Shown here piece by piece: positions 25,860-39,069 of a DNA stretch of 64,000 nucleotides. Location: contig OZ024740.1 in NCBI GenBank assembly GCA_964016885.1, positions 106,206,001 through 106,270,000 of the forward strand, given 5' to 3'. Source of the stretch: Eledone cirrhosa. Taxonomy: Eukaryota. The notes under the pieces were generated by a model. The model was not told the origin of the DNA, ran no database searches, and saw nothing but the letters and a program-made list of their open reading frames with translations. The position numbers and the translations under genes are program-made. Each line of letters starts with the position of its first letter. Within the stretch, counting starts at the first letter, position 1.

Positions 25860-26140
25860 GGAGAACCCCTACCGATGCGCTGAACGAGTGTGACTTTTAG
25901 TCCAGCCAGCGACTTGAAAACTCTGGTACAAACACCACACTTGTGACAATTATTGACACATAGTGCTGGGCCCATGGTACCATGTGACGACAAGTGCAGA
26001 GAGATCTCCAGATATAAAGCAATGCCTGTGCCGTGAAGCTTTTATAGTGAGCAAAGGCACTGCACAAAGCCAGTCCCACTCTCTTAAACAAGATGATAAT
26101 TACCAAAAAGAAGAACAAGTCAACATCATTGGATACCATT
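25860..26140 (-). mobile_element. RTE-like LINE 3' remnant
   Basis: minus frame gives CGVCTRVFKSLAGLK, a C2H2-like tail similar to that of 29330-30060. Confidence 0.45.
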
Positions 26141-26310
26141 AGGGTTGCAGGTGTTATATCAGAGTTTTCCTTCTCCTAGAATTCTGACTTGACAAAGGCT
26201 AAGGGGTCATCTCTCCCGGTGATACATACATACATACATACATACATACATACATACATACATACATACATACATACATACATGTATATATATATATTTG
26301 TATGCATGTA

Positions 26311-26343
<33 letters not shown>

Positions 26344-26460
26344 GCATATAAATGTAATCTGATTTTTTCGAATATTAATAATAATATTCGATTCGTTTGC
26401 AATTATACATACAACCTCTTTAAGCCATGTCACTAGAATCTCATTCTTGCTCTTGTGTTG

Positions 26461-26501
26461 GCAGACACTAATGTTTCTGGGTGATTACCCTTCATCAGTA
26501 C
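26461..26501 (-). ncRNA. type I hammerhead ribozyme
   Basis: gta CTGATGA a-gggt-aatc-accc-a GAAA ca-ttag-tg TC tgc; short stem I. Confidence 0.75.
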
Positions 26502-26670
26502 AGTAATCTGTGCTCATGTGCCAACTGTCAGAGCTATTAAAAATATATGATATTTTCTAAAATATACAAAGAGTGATCGGCTTGATTTGCATATTAGCAG
26601 ACTGCCTGATCAGTCAGATCTGCATATTAGCTGTTATGTGCATATATATATATATATACACACACGCGCG

Positions 26671-26751
<81 letters not shown>

Positions 26752-28834
26752 GCAGTGTCATGCAGTGCAAACTGTATATAAAACATACATATACATTACA
26801 TATGTATATACTTAGAGACATACATTTACATGTATTTGTAGATAAATCATTATGTTTCTGCCTAAACTGAAATCTACATATTTTTTAAACTGGTTACGTA
26901 AACAAAACTTTGTAATAAACGATATCTGACATGCCACAATCATAATACTTAACATAAATAAATGTAGTATTTTATAGCATGTCATCCACCTAATTTTCTT
27001 TCCTCGAAATTACAACAGTTTGTAAATTATTGCCTATTCATATTTTCCTATCACACATAAATCTGAATATTACGACATCGACCTCACCATTTTATGTGAG
27101 TCTGCACAGACCATAAAAACCTCCCCTATTCTTTGTACTAAATAAAATAAAAAATAGTTATAATGATGACCGAGTCGATACAAACTCAGGATACTGACCT
27201 AATGATTACTAGTTCGTGCTTGATTCTAGAAACTATTAGAGGTGTTGGATTCTGTCTGGCAAATATACTTAACTCTTACATACATAGTCAAACCATATCA
27301 ACATCATGGATAATATAGGAATGAGCAAGACTATTGTATAATCAACGACCATCAACAATACAGAATACAAATCTTGTGTCAGGCTGACCTAGGACTCTGC
27401 GTCAAGATAAAGAATTTAATACGTGCTCTTACAATATGCTAACAGGCAAAACACCATTTTTATTAATTAAGATTGGTGCTTCATTTTGGTGCAGTCTGTT
27501 GAAACTCGAAATGAGTATAAATATTATACACTGATTATTTTTCGGATTAGTGTCCTCATTTTCTTGTTATAGTCACAATATTTTGACCTTTATATAACCC
27601 AGCTTTTTTTCGACGTCGGGTATATTTTAACTGAACCTTTTATTCAAACCACGGTGGTACTTTGTTCTAATTATGTTATCCATACTCAGGGTAGTTTCGT
27701 ATTAGTTATTTATTTAACTTAAACTATATATAAATACACTAATTTGGGTATTGAACTAACGAATCTGCTATTCTTAACACATAACCAACACTTATATTGC
27801 CTTGTCGAACTAATATGTCATGAAAATTCTTAATGAAAGGCTCTGATATGCCCATATTGTTTACCGTATGTGAGAGGTCCCTGAGGAAAGCTGGAAGGCA
27901 CAATGGCTGGAATGTTGTAAATATTAAAACAAAGATTTGGACACTATACGTTGTATGCATAAGAATATATTAATAATTTAACATCTCAGAAATTAGTATA
28001 AGCATACATGAAACTGACTTTATATACACTGTATTCGTCCCCTTAAATATGGAAAATGAGTAAACAAATACAAGAGGCATTCAGTCGAATACCGATTAAA
28101 AACAAGCATAGAAAGTTCACGTAAAGATCATAAAATGAAAGGGGATGAAATGAAACGGAGCGAATACTCTTATTAAAAGAGTTAAATCATAAAACATAAA
28201 AATATCTAACTTTTACTCTAAGATCATTTTATTGTCTTATTTAATATCCAAAGTATGTTGTCTCTCTTAAGTTGTATTGATTTAGATTGAGAAAGTCGTT
28301 AATATCACAGATTAATTTGCGAACATATTTTATGGAGTAAGATGTCAGATATAATCGAACATTAATAAAATCACTACCATAGGAAGAAAAAATTCTATAA
28401 GGAAAAAAAACGCCACACGCTTCAGCAGATAAACGTGTTTAACTATACTGCTTCATGTTGTTTCAGATAATCCGGTTGTACTTACTGTCATCTTATCGGA
28501 ATACAATGTTAAAAAATGGTAAAAACAAACGAAACGAAAGGTGTATATTCATTTATTTATTCTTCTTCAGTATCATAAAGTACATAGGCTTATTTCTTTA
28601 CCCGTCTACTCAATCCAGGAGGCAGGGAGTGGATGTAATACTCTGGTAGCAGCATTATAAATCAATGTATCTTGTCCTGAGCTATCCAGTATATCAATCT
28701 TCAAGTCAATTAGTTCATGAATGCGTGCAATCGCACCCATACACACACACACACACACTGTATACACAGAAACAAATATGTAGATGTACACATATACACA
28801 TCCACATACACACACGTATGTACATATATATATA

Positions 28835-29188
28835 TATTGTTATATTTGGGGAGGGTCATATTCTTATAATATTGGCCAGAAATAATAAAACACACTCAGT
28901 TTGGTTTGAATTGGTTTACGCTACTGTATCTTTTATATGGTCATAGTTAATTTATCTGGCAATCAATGTTTCTCATTGATTGACCAACGGTTAAAAATAC
29001 AGATATAAATATATATATAGTCTATCAAAGTTCTTTCATCACACACCTGTGACATCCTCAGTGGTACTATATTATTATTACAGTGAGTGTGTTTTATTAT
29101 TATTTCTGGCAATATTATATCAATATGACCCTCCCCAAATATAACAATATTTGTTTCAACTCACGATTTCATATCGAAAACCTTTCAA

Positions 29189-29195
<7 letters not shown>
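28835..29195. mobile_element. non-coding mini-element related to PLE 6353-7237
   Basis: inverted arms 28835-28898 and 29084-29150 share ATTGTTATAyTTkGGGAGGGTCAT; same HHR type; (TA)n flanks. Confidence 0.8.
29023..29066 (-). ncRNA. type I hammerhead ribozyme
   Basis: tacca CTGAGGA t-gtcaca-ggtg-tgtgat GAAA gaac TT tgata. Confidence 0.8.
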
Positions 29196-29276
<81 letters not shown>

Positions 29277-29329
29277 GTGTATATTTACATACATATACAG
29301 TATTGCAATTGCTTCTCAAATTCACATGT

Positions 29330-30060
29330 ACGACGCTCGGATATGGCTATTCAAACCTGTTAGAGACTTGCACTCTTGGGCACATTGACGACAACTATGG
29401 ATCTCCTTGGCACCTGGTCTTGCATCAGGTTATCCGTGAACTTTCGCATGCCGCTTCAGTCCTGCTACAGATCGACATTCTTTATCACATTCATTACATC
29501 TTGCAATACCGTAGAGATCATAGATCACTGGTTCTCTCTGAACATGACTGCAACAGTGGCTATTGAGACCAGATTTGCTCAAGCACACCTTTCCACACTC
29601 AGGCACCCCAATTCAATGGAGACGCAGATTATTTCATGAGATACACCAGGGCATTGCTTACGCACATCCCGTTTGATCTTCTCGTGCTCTATGCTTCTAT
29701 TCTCAAAATTATGGACCCCTTCATTCACCAATCCGCTTCAGATTTCTCTTTCAAGAGATTTTATCTCCCAGTCAGCCACCATCAAACCAGTTCTTTTCAA
29801 TGAGTCCTTTACACAATCTTTGAATCGGAGCTTTGGCTTATGAAGTGGTCTCTTACCTTTACAGAGTTCACCATACAAAACCTGTTTCGGGATTCGATCA
29901 TCCTCCATTCTGCAGGATGTCCGGTCCATCGCAAACGAAGTTGGTGCATCTGCCTCTTGATAGCGAGCATTTTCTGAGACACTGCTGGTAAAATCGTTCC
30001 AGTCTTTATGTCAGTCGCTCTCGAGTGCCACTGGTAACATGTAACCCAGTACAACCTGTC
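29330..30060 (-). mobile_element. RTE (BovB-like) LINE 3' fragment
   Basis: QLRLRWTGH..RMEDDRIPKQVLYGELCKGKRPLHKPKLRFKDCVKDSLK. Confidence 0.85.
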
Positions 30061-30205
30061 TCATGGTCGTATCGTCGGTAACTAAACCGGCAACCCCACC
30101 AAGCTTGTTTGGTGATGAGGGTGATATTTGGACACCCTGCGAGATGAAACACAAGAACCGACAGAGGGCGGAGAAACTCAGCAGATTCAACAGCCTTCCA
30201 AATAG

Positions 30206-30263
<58 letters not shown>

Positions 30264-31354
30264 GACAATTACGAGGATCGCATGTGTTACTGTCATGATG
30301 TTTAACCTCTACAGTGGTGTAGCCGTACTTACCACGATTGGATAATTGCTGGTTGGTGAGGCTATTTAACCCATTGTTGGGGTGGGTGACCGTTTAATCA
30401 GGAGTTCATCCGCCCTTTTAACACCTCTTGTTTTTGTGCTGCTGTATTTCCATTTACCCTCCTCACCAGAGGAACAAAAGCTATGTGATTGCGAAACAAA
30501 CTCCGTAACCATATAGTCATGTTCTCTAATAATACGTTGGCGGAATTGAATATTAATACTAGAAGGTCGGAAATAATTACAATCACTGTCGAATTATATT
30601 TGCAATCAAAATAATTTGCTTGCACTACACACTAATTGAAAAACTACTGACATTTCTAAAGAAAAAAAATAAAGATTAGATTCCAACAATATAAACTACG
30701 ACTATACGCAGTAAAATATAGAGGAGTTTGTTTGAAAGTTTTGTCACGCTCACAGTAATACGTCCTAAGCTAAGTGATTAGCTATTCGGGTCACTGAAAC
30801 ATTAGCTATTAGGAGAATAAATATAAAATTAAAGTTTTAGAACTAACGAAAACAATAACTCTTCAGTTGAAGCTCAGCTCTATTTTTTTATCAAACTATT
30901 CACGATTTAATAAATAACCGATAAAGCTAATTTGCAATGAAAGAGATTTCTTTTTTTTTTTCTTTTATTCATTTGCAAGTTTCATTCATAGGACAGCAGA
31001 TTTATCGACCCCAGTATTTATTTCAGTCTGGTATTTATTTTAGTGATCTATATTTTATCGATTGTCCAAGTTACTATTTTGACGGCACACGCCGGTCTTG
31101 TTTTGAATGGTGGTAGTATATCAACGATCACACATGCATATATACCATACACGTATATGCACATTTATATTGATATACGACTGGAATTTTCTTTTTGTCA
31201 TTTATAAAGATTAATTGAATCAGTAAAAAAAGTACAATGAAATGCTTTTCTTTAAAATACACCAATTATTATGAGACTGCTATTTTTGTCGCTTGATACT
31301 GTTATATTTTTACCTTAGTTTATGTATTCATAGTTAGCGTACAAATATCATGAA

Positions 31355-31650
31355 TAATGCAAGCATAGCCGAATGGTTAAAAAATTCGCTTTAATAATGA
31401 AATTCTGAGTTTTGTCCCCCTGCGTGGCATCTTGGACAAGTTTCTTTTTACCGTAGCCTCTAGTTAACTTAATCCTTATTAGTAAACTGGATAGATGGAA
31501 ACCATGTGAAAACTTGTTGCATGGAAAGTACAGGTAATTCAAAGGGATAGCACTATTTTATGATGATTCTGTCTCAGTATCGTGTTAAGAGTAGACGTGA
31601 CATGACTGGAATGCTCAGCAACATATGCATTCATGGTCCTGTGGCTCCTG
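31355..31650 (+). mobile_element. degenerate tRNA/CORE-type SINE
   Basis: TAGCCGAATGGTTAA A-box-like, CATCTTGGACAAG CORE-like motif. Confidence 0.45.
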
Positions 31651-32399
31651 AGAGAGTCGTAGAGGCGCCGTATTGACATACGGTGTTTCTTAGGGTATTT
31701 TAAAACCTGATGGTGCCCATCTCCTTTGCCAGTCCAGCAACATATATACTAATTTAATTTATAGGTGATGGAGAATTAATTTTACGACAAGATACCTCCG
31801 TTTAGTGCCGTTGCAAACCATGTCACAAGCCTACTCTAAATGTTTAACTATGTCCTCAAGGTCCTCTTCGTTATTCATTTGTAGTTATAATTATATTTTA
31901 TAGGCAGTTCAGTTGATAGAACAACTGGAATAATCATCGTCGCAAAAGACGGCGCATACATTAGATTAAATATATACCTTTCACACCTATCTATCATGAT
32001 CTGAAACCGCTTCCTGCTCTCCAAATGTTCTAGCTTTGTATCATTTTATCTTAAAAATTGTATCACAGTAATACACTGGGACAATTGCTGGCCTGTGTCA
32101 AAAGTAGAAACAATTATTATGTATCATATAATTCACAAAGAACCGGAAGCGTTCTTTGTGTCGCAACTTGACAGATTATGTGGCATCCTTCCCCTCACTA
32201 TCTCCCACTCTCCTCCTCCTCCTCTCTTTACCACTATCCTCCCTCTCCCCCTCTCTCTCTATCCGTCTCACTTTCTCTCTCGCTCCTCCTCGCAACTCTC
32301 CGATTTACGATCTTTCTTCTCTCTCTCTCTCTTACACACACATATAAACCAATTCACACTCAAACACATACACACTCTCGCACATATATTGGCATACGT

Positions 32400-32728
32400 T
32401 CATGTGGAGGCACTCCGTCGGTTACGACGACGAGTGTACCAGTTGATCAACGGAAAAGCCTGCTCGTGACATTAAATTGCAGGTGGCTGAGCATTCCACA
32501 CACACACACGTACCCTTTACTTTGTTCTCAGGGCGATTCAGTGTGATACAGTGTGTGACATGGCTGGTCATTCGAGCTACAGGTACAACTCACTTTTGCC
32601 AGCTGAGAGGACCGGAGCAACGAGAAATAAAGTGTCTTGCTCAAGGACAAAACGCGCCGTTGGGAATTGAACTCACGAACTTACCATTGTGAGGTGAATA
32701 CCCTAATCGCAAAGCCACACGCCTTCAT
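32400..32728 (-). mobile_element. tRNA-derived CORE-type SINE
   Basis: minus-strand head GAAGGCGTGTGGCTT..., B-box GTTCAATTCC, CORE-like CCTTGAGCAAGACACTT. Confidence 0.75.
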
Positions 32729-32879
32729 GTATACATTCAAATACTCATTAACTCACAGACATACTTACACACATACATACTCACATCACACACACATGCA
32801 CACACATATGTGCACATATGTGTATACACGATTTAATATACTAGCAGTTGTACCGGTGTTGTCCATGTGCAGGTCCAGT

Positions 32880-33060
32880 TGTACCGGCGTTTTCCATGAG
32901 AGGGGGGGGGGGTCCAGTCGATATTTTGTTCCGGGGCCCAAGTGCTCAGAAGGCCCCACAGCAACCATAGAACAACCATTTTGAGAAAAATATTTGCCTG
33001 TTTTGGGCCTCATAGGGGTCTTGTACCGTCTTGCAAAATGTCTCTTGGAGGCCTTGACCA
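32880..33060. mobile_element. possible GC-rich non-autonomous DNA transposon remnant
   Basis: GC-rich island with GAGAGGGGGG...TCTCTTGGAGGCC imperfect inverted ends. Confidence 0.3.
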
Positions 33061-33196
33061 TGTGTCATATATGTAGAAAAATCTTTTTTTTTTTCTTCCT
33101 AAACATAAACTTATAGCTAATAAATGAAGCCATAGATTTATAGTTACATGCTAGCTCAAACTTACTGAAATGCTGTATATATATATTTATATATAC

Positions 33197-33305
<109 letters not shown>

Positions 33306-33390
33306 GAAGTTGGACAATAGACGGAAAATTTCTTTTTTTTATATTTTTTTTGTTTTTCTTTTTTTTCGTTTGTTTGATTCGTCAAAGTGA

Positions 33391-33530
33391 CATTTACGGA
33401 CCTTTATGGTCTGTGTTCAAATCCCGCCGAGATTAACTTTGCCTTTCATCCTTATGGGGTTGATAAAATAAAGTACCAGTAATACACTGGGATAATTGCT
33501 GGCCTTGTGCCAAAAGTAGAAACAATTATT
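33391..33530 (+). mobile_element. 5'-truncated SINE inserted in the PLE pseudo-LTR
   Basis: B-box, central domain and tail; interrupts one arm only. Confidence 0.85.
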
Positions 33531-34237
33531 GAAAAGATGACATTATTGAAAAAATGAGAGGGACAATTCTTTTAAAAAAGAGTTTTATAATGTATATAAA
33601 GTATTACCGGTTTCGATGTATTATTAAAATTCATCTTATCAAATGTTGAGTATTACAATTAAAAAGAATTAATAGGAATTAAAAACTAAAAATTAAAGAT
33701 TTAAAATTAAGTGTTGGAGCAAGTTTTTTCCCCATCTTCCTTGCTCAGAAGTGGATTGGAGAATGAATTCTTGTGTAGGCATGATAGTAGCGGTAGTGTT
33801 GGTAGTTGTGTGTCTCCACAGAACAAAATTGTTTTTTTGGGGAAAGGAAATATTCTGTAAATATGTGTGTGAATATCTAATTGTGTTAATTGACTGGTCA
33901 AGAGTTCAAATGGGGATGGGGAACTGTAAGCTATGGCAGCAGTAGGGTTGTAAAAGAAATTCTATTATTGGAATATGGTTTTAGGGAGTGTGTGTATAGT
34001 GTGAGGGTGTATATATAACAATACATACATGTGGGGGGGGGTTCAGCCTGTCTGTCACAGTCCCTTTGTGGTGGGAAATTAAAAAAAATTTTAAATTTAA
34101 AAAAAAACCAGAGCAGAGTATCAGTAGTGACTCTCAAACAGGAACTTCTGGAATGAGTAGTTTTTTCTCTCTTATTTTGTGATGTGTGTTTGTGTGTGTG
34201 TGGGGGGGGGGGGGGGCTAATGGGGGTGATTACATAT

Positions 34238-34530
34238 TTAATTTGGTTTAAATTTGTTAATAAATAGTTTTTCTTTATTTATTCTTTGTTGTTGAGTGAA
34301 AGAATCGGAGCACTTGTAAAGAGGGAAGATTTTAAAGTTGGGTAGAATCATTCCTGCACAATCTGCAATGTGGCTACTTAAGGGAATTTTTCTTGTGTTT
34401 ACGTCTCGGATTTGTTGGTGATCGATGGTCATTCTTTTGCGTAATGACATACCTGTCTGTCCTACATAGTTATGCCGACAGCCACCGCATGTGATTACGC
34501 AGATCAGGTTCTCCGAGTTGCAAGTGAAGT
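34238..34530 (-). pseudogene. PLE GIY-YIG endonuclease fragment
   Basis: FTCNSENLICVITCGGCRHNYVGQTGMSLRKRM...PLSSH...RINKEKLFI. Confidence 0.88.
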
Positions 34531-34794
34531 TGATTAGATGAATTTTAATAATACATCGAAACCGGTAATACTTTATATACTTTACATACTTTATATACTT
34601 TACATACATTATAAAATTCTTTTTTAAAAGAATTTTCCCTCTCATTTTTTCAATAATGCCATCTTTTCAATAATTTCACTTTGACTAATCAAAGAAAGGA
34701 AAAAAAGAAAAACAGACCCTAAAATATATTTCCGTGCTATTTCCAGCTTCATCTTTTCTCTATATCCACTGCTTTGTATAGAACCTTACTTCCC

Positions 34795-34890
<96 letters not shown>

Positions 34891-35392
34891 TGTGAGTGTG
34901 TGTGTGTGTGTGTGTGTAGGAGGTGAGTTTTATTGTAGCACAATAAAGCAATGCAAATATCGGATAAATGTTTGCACTTCTTAATAAATCCTTCACTATT
35001 TAAACCCTAAATAAATAGTATACTTAATTTCTATATCTGTAATCATAAGCATCATCATCCATAAACCTCATTAACTTTTAAATTTAAAATCTTATTAATT
35101 TATTTAATTTATTTATAAATTTTACAACCATTTTTTCAGTCATTTCTCGGTGAGAGACAGTTTAAATGTTTATCTCTCTCTTTTCTCTCCTCTCTCTTTC
35201 TCTCTCCTTCCTCCTTCTTATAATCTTCCTCCGTTATCCTTTCCTTCTTTTTTCTTTCTTCATCTTCCTTACCCTTCTCCCCTTCCTTTCCTTTTTCCAG
35301 TCTCCTATATCCTTTTAAATTTATTTATCATATGTTGTTTAGACACTACCTTGCTCACAGGTGTCTTTTTTAAGCTTCATATCATGTCTCCC

Positions 35393-35463
35393 TATTTTAT
35401 CTGATGAGAACGCAAATATCGTCCCTGGATAATATTTGTTTTTGAAATGCGCATAATAAAATA
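35393..35463 (+). ncRNA. type I hammerhead ribozyme with extended stem II
   Basis: tattttat CTGATGA [gcaaatat..atatttgt] GAAA tgcgca TA ataaaata; 8-bp stem I. Confidence 0.85.
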
Positions 35464-35496
35464 CATGAAACTTTTTTAACCATCTTTTAATTTCTT

Positions 35497-35536
<40 letters not shown>

Positions 35537-35665
35537 TGAGTTATAAACTCGAAATAGTCTTTTACAATTATGTTAAATTAGTATTTTTTCAACCTAGCTA
35601 ACTTGGTCATTTGCAATCCGAACACTTCTATAATTGTATAGATGTTCATCCCTCATATATTCATT

Positions 35666-35704
<39 letters not shown>

Positions 35705-35789
35705 TTTTTAACGATCGACTTTCGTCAAATCGGACCGAGGGAACAATGTTTCCGTTGGCCTTTCCAATTGCTAATACTATCTATCGGTC

Positions 35790-35925
35790 GCAACTCCAGG
35801 TAGAAGAAGCAACGTGAAATAAAGTGTCTTGCTCAAGGACATAACGCATCACCTGGTCCAGGAATCGAACTCACAACCTTACGATTGCGAATCGAATTCT
35901 CTAACCACTCAGCCACACGCCTTCA

Positions 35926-35927
<2 letters not shown>
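35790..35927 (-). mobile_element. CORE-type SINE 5' half
   Basis: matches 32615-32728. Confidence 0.75.
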
Positions 35928-35959
<32 letters not shown>

Positions 35960-35963
<4 letters not shown>

Positions 35964-36298
35964 AAAATGTTTAACCCCGACGGCAGAGCTCAAGCTATAA
36001 ATAACCGTCGAAACGTCTTCAGCTCTACCGTTGGGGTTAAACATTTTCCTATTACCCACTCTACTACGCTAAGTATTGAGTACTCTGGTGCGTTATGGTC
36101 CATCTGGTTCCTTACCACACCTCCTTCGTTATATATATATATATATATATATATAGGAAAAAGTATGAACCCGACGGCAGAGCTCAAGCCGTTTCGACGG
36201 CAATTTCTGAACGGCTATTTCCCACTCTACTACCCTAAGTATTGAGTACTCTGGTGCGTTATGGTCCATCTGGTTCCTTACCACAATTCTTTTGTTAC

Positions 36299-36329
<31 letters not shown>

Positions 36330-36492
36330 ACGAAGGAGGTGTGGTAAGGAACCAGATGGACCATAACACACCAGAGTACTCAATACTTAGGGTAGTAGAG
36401 TGGGTAATAGCAAAATGTTTAACGGTAGAGCTCAAGCCGTTTCGACGGCTATTTAGAGCTTGAGCTCAGCCGTCGGGGTTAAACATTTTCAT
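35960..36492. mobile_element. three family C inserts (+,+,-) separated by (TA)n
   Basis: 35960-36130, 36153-36298, 36328-36492; each with a 5' inversion. Confidence 0.85.
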
Positions 36493-36516
36493 ATATATAT
36501 ATATATATATATATAT

Positions 36517-36885
36517 CGACCCCCATAAGGATGAAAGGCAAAGTTAGCCTCGGTGAGATTTGAACTCGGGCCGTAAAGTGACGTAACTATGCTGGAAAGC
36601 ATGACGTCCGACTCTCTACCGATACTGCCAATCCACTGCCCTATTTAATAATTGTTTCTACTTTTTGGCAGCAAATACCCTGTGTATTACTGGTACTTTA
36701 TTTTATCGACCCCGTAAGGATGAAAGGCAAAGTTAACCTCGGCGGGATTTGAACTCAGATCATAAAGGGACGTAACTCTATGCTTCAAAGGATGGTGTCC
36801 GACTCTCTACCGATACTGCCAATCCACCCCTATTTAATAATTTTTCTACTTTAGGCACAAGGCCAGCAATTACCCAGTGTATTAA
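36517..36885 (-). mobile_element. tandem SINE cluster (partial, full, tail only)
   Basis: three consecutive matches to the SINE consensus. Confidence 0.85.
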
Positions 36886-36925
36886 TAATGCATACAAAAC
36901 AGAATTTATTTTATTGGTACGTATA

Positions 36926-37127
36926 TACGAGGGTCGCTAACAATTTCATTGGCTGACTATGAAGGAGTAATTGCTAGAGCTGTGAAATCTTGTCTGAATT
37001 AATGTCAACTCTTCTTATTAATAACTGCATTGTTACTTTCCGGGAATTATGTTGAAAAATAAACCTCATTTGGTCATTCAATGAAAGTATCTTGGCCAGT
37101 CTATGAATTTTTCAGTTGACCCTCATA
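36926..37127. mobile_element. mariner-like MITE
   Basis: TA-CGAGGGTC...GACCCTCA-TA ends; sister copy at 37717. Confidence 0.75.
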
Positions 37128-37716
37128 TAAATCTAGATCCACATCTATACACACATACATCCACATACAAACCCTTAGTTGGAATATATAAATTAATATA
37201 CACAGGCACAATCACATGGTGCGTATATATGAATTTATAATCATTTGTGATGGAAGTAAGTCATTTATCTGAATGACTATTGCTTATTAAGGAACTTCAA
37301 AGGGAAAATGTCTTTTTGACATACATCTTTCACCACATATATTATATAAAATGACCGTTCTCGGTTAAATGCGCTATAGAATCAGACCAATTAGCATTAT
37401 TTACGTATATCTCCAGAGCTACAATACAAAAACAGCGTTTTTTACATGATCGGCAAACATGTTGGGGTTATTTTGTTTTTGTTTTCAGTTGTTGATGTCC
37501 TATTGATAGTTTTCTTTGGTTTATGAAATTTTGAGTAGCTAAAATGACCTGCCCTAGAAAGATAAACTTGGTCACTAATGTACAAGAATAAAAGAGGTCT
37601 CTTATCACAAATACAAAACGCGATCCGTTTGAGATTCTATAATTTACCAAATGTACTATGAAATTGATTGGAAATAGCTATCCTGAAGTATGTGTCAAAT
37701 AAAATACATGCATGTA

Positions 37717-37943
37717 TACGAGGGTCGGCTTTCATAGACTTACTATGTTCATAGGATTACTATGAAAGAATGATACTAGAGCGGTGAAACCTTGATGCAT
37801 TAATTTCAATTCTTCTTATTAATAACTGTATTGTTTCTTCCAGGGACTATGTTGAAAAATAAACATCATTTGGTCATTCCATGAGAGTATCTTTGTCAGC
37901 CTATGTACTTTTCAGCGTATGAAGTTTTCAGCCGACTCTCGTA
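37717..37943. mobile_element. mariner-like MITE
   Basis: TA-CGAGGGTCGGCT...AGCCGACTCTCG-TA. Confidence 0.78.
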
Positions 37944-38033
37944 CATAAACATATAGAGATGAATGAAAAGGCATTGATTTTGTGTGTGGGTGATTGTGTG
38001 AGAGAGGGAGGAAACTGTGACAGAGATAGAGTG

Positions 38034-38081
<48 letters not shown>

Positions 38082-38082
38082 T

Positions 38083-38126
<44 letters not shown>

Positions 38127-38686
38127 TTGAAGACAGAGAAAACGATTAAAGATAGACTGGAGGAAAAGGAAAAACACATAGTTTCATGTTATAAAACACC
38201 TAATTTGGAAGATTTCTGTATATCTCCCATTAACTCTCTTCCTTAAATGGCAGGCAGACAGCGATAGAAGATAGAGGAAGCTATACATATAGACAGAAAG
38301 AAAGAAGGAAAGAAAGAAAGAAAAAGAAAGAAAGAAGGAAAGAAAGAAAAAGAAAGAAAGAAGGAAAGAAAGAAGGAAAGAAAGAAGGAAAGAAAGAAGG
38401 AAAGAAAGAAAGAAGGAAAGAAAGAAGGAAAGAAAGAAGGAAAGAAAGAAAGAATGAATGTATGAATGAAAGAATGAAAGAAAATCAAAGAAAGAATGAA
38501 AGAAAGAAAGAAAGAAGGCAAGAAAGACAGTAAAATATACTGATTATCACGGGATTTAGTTGACTTTATGGTTATCTTTCCAACTGTGTGAGTCAAGTAG
38601 AAGTATATGGTCATATTTACTATCGGATGTTGTGGATCGTTGGTAAGCTGTCTGTTCTTTACTTCCAGCAGCCATTTATTTCCAAA

Positions 38687-38877
38687 GATAATTGTTTCTA
38701 CTTTAGGCACAAGGCCAGCAATTATCCAGTACATTACTGGTACTTTATTTTATCGACCCCGTAAGGATGAAAGGAAAAGTTAACCTCGGCGGGATTTGAA
38801 CTCAAACTGTAAAGGGACGTAACTATGCTAGAAAGCATGGCGTCCAACCCTCTACCGATACTGCCAATTCACCGCCT
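38687..38877 (-). mobile_element. full-length tRNA-derived SINE with target-site duplication
   Basis: complete consensus; flanking TTATTTCCAAAGATAAT repeated at ~38676 and ~38877. Confidence 0.9.
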
Positions 38878-39069
38878 TATTTCCAAAGATAATGAAGGTG
38901 ACAATTAGTGAATATTTACGATAGATGAAAAGAGTGCAGAAATTTAAACAAGTATTATTTATTTGATGATAATGATGATGATGATAATGAGGAGGGTGGA
39001 TGGGGAGGAGGCGGAGAAAGACACCGACGACGACGATGATGAAGATGGTTTGTTTTGTTGATGAGAGTG

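Noticed and set aside
27875-27925. Possible HHR starting CTGAGGA
   Set aside because: GAAA box and stems too degraded to support a call; perhaps an old pseudo-LTR
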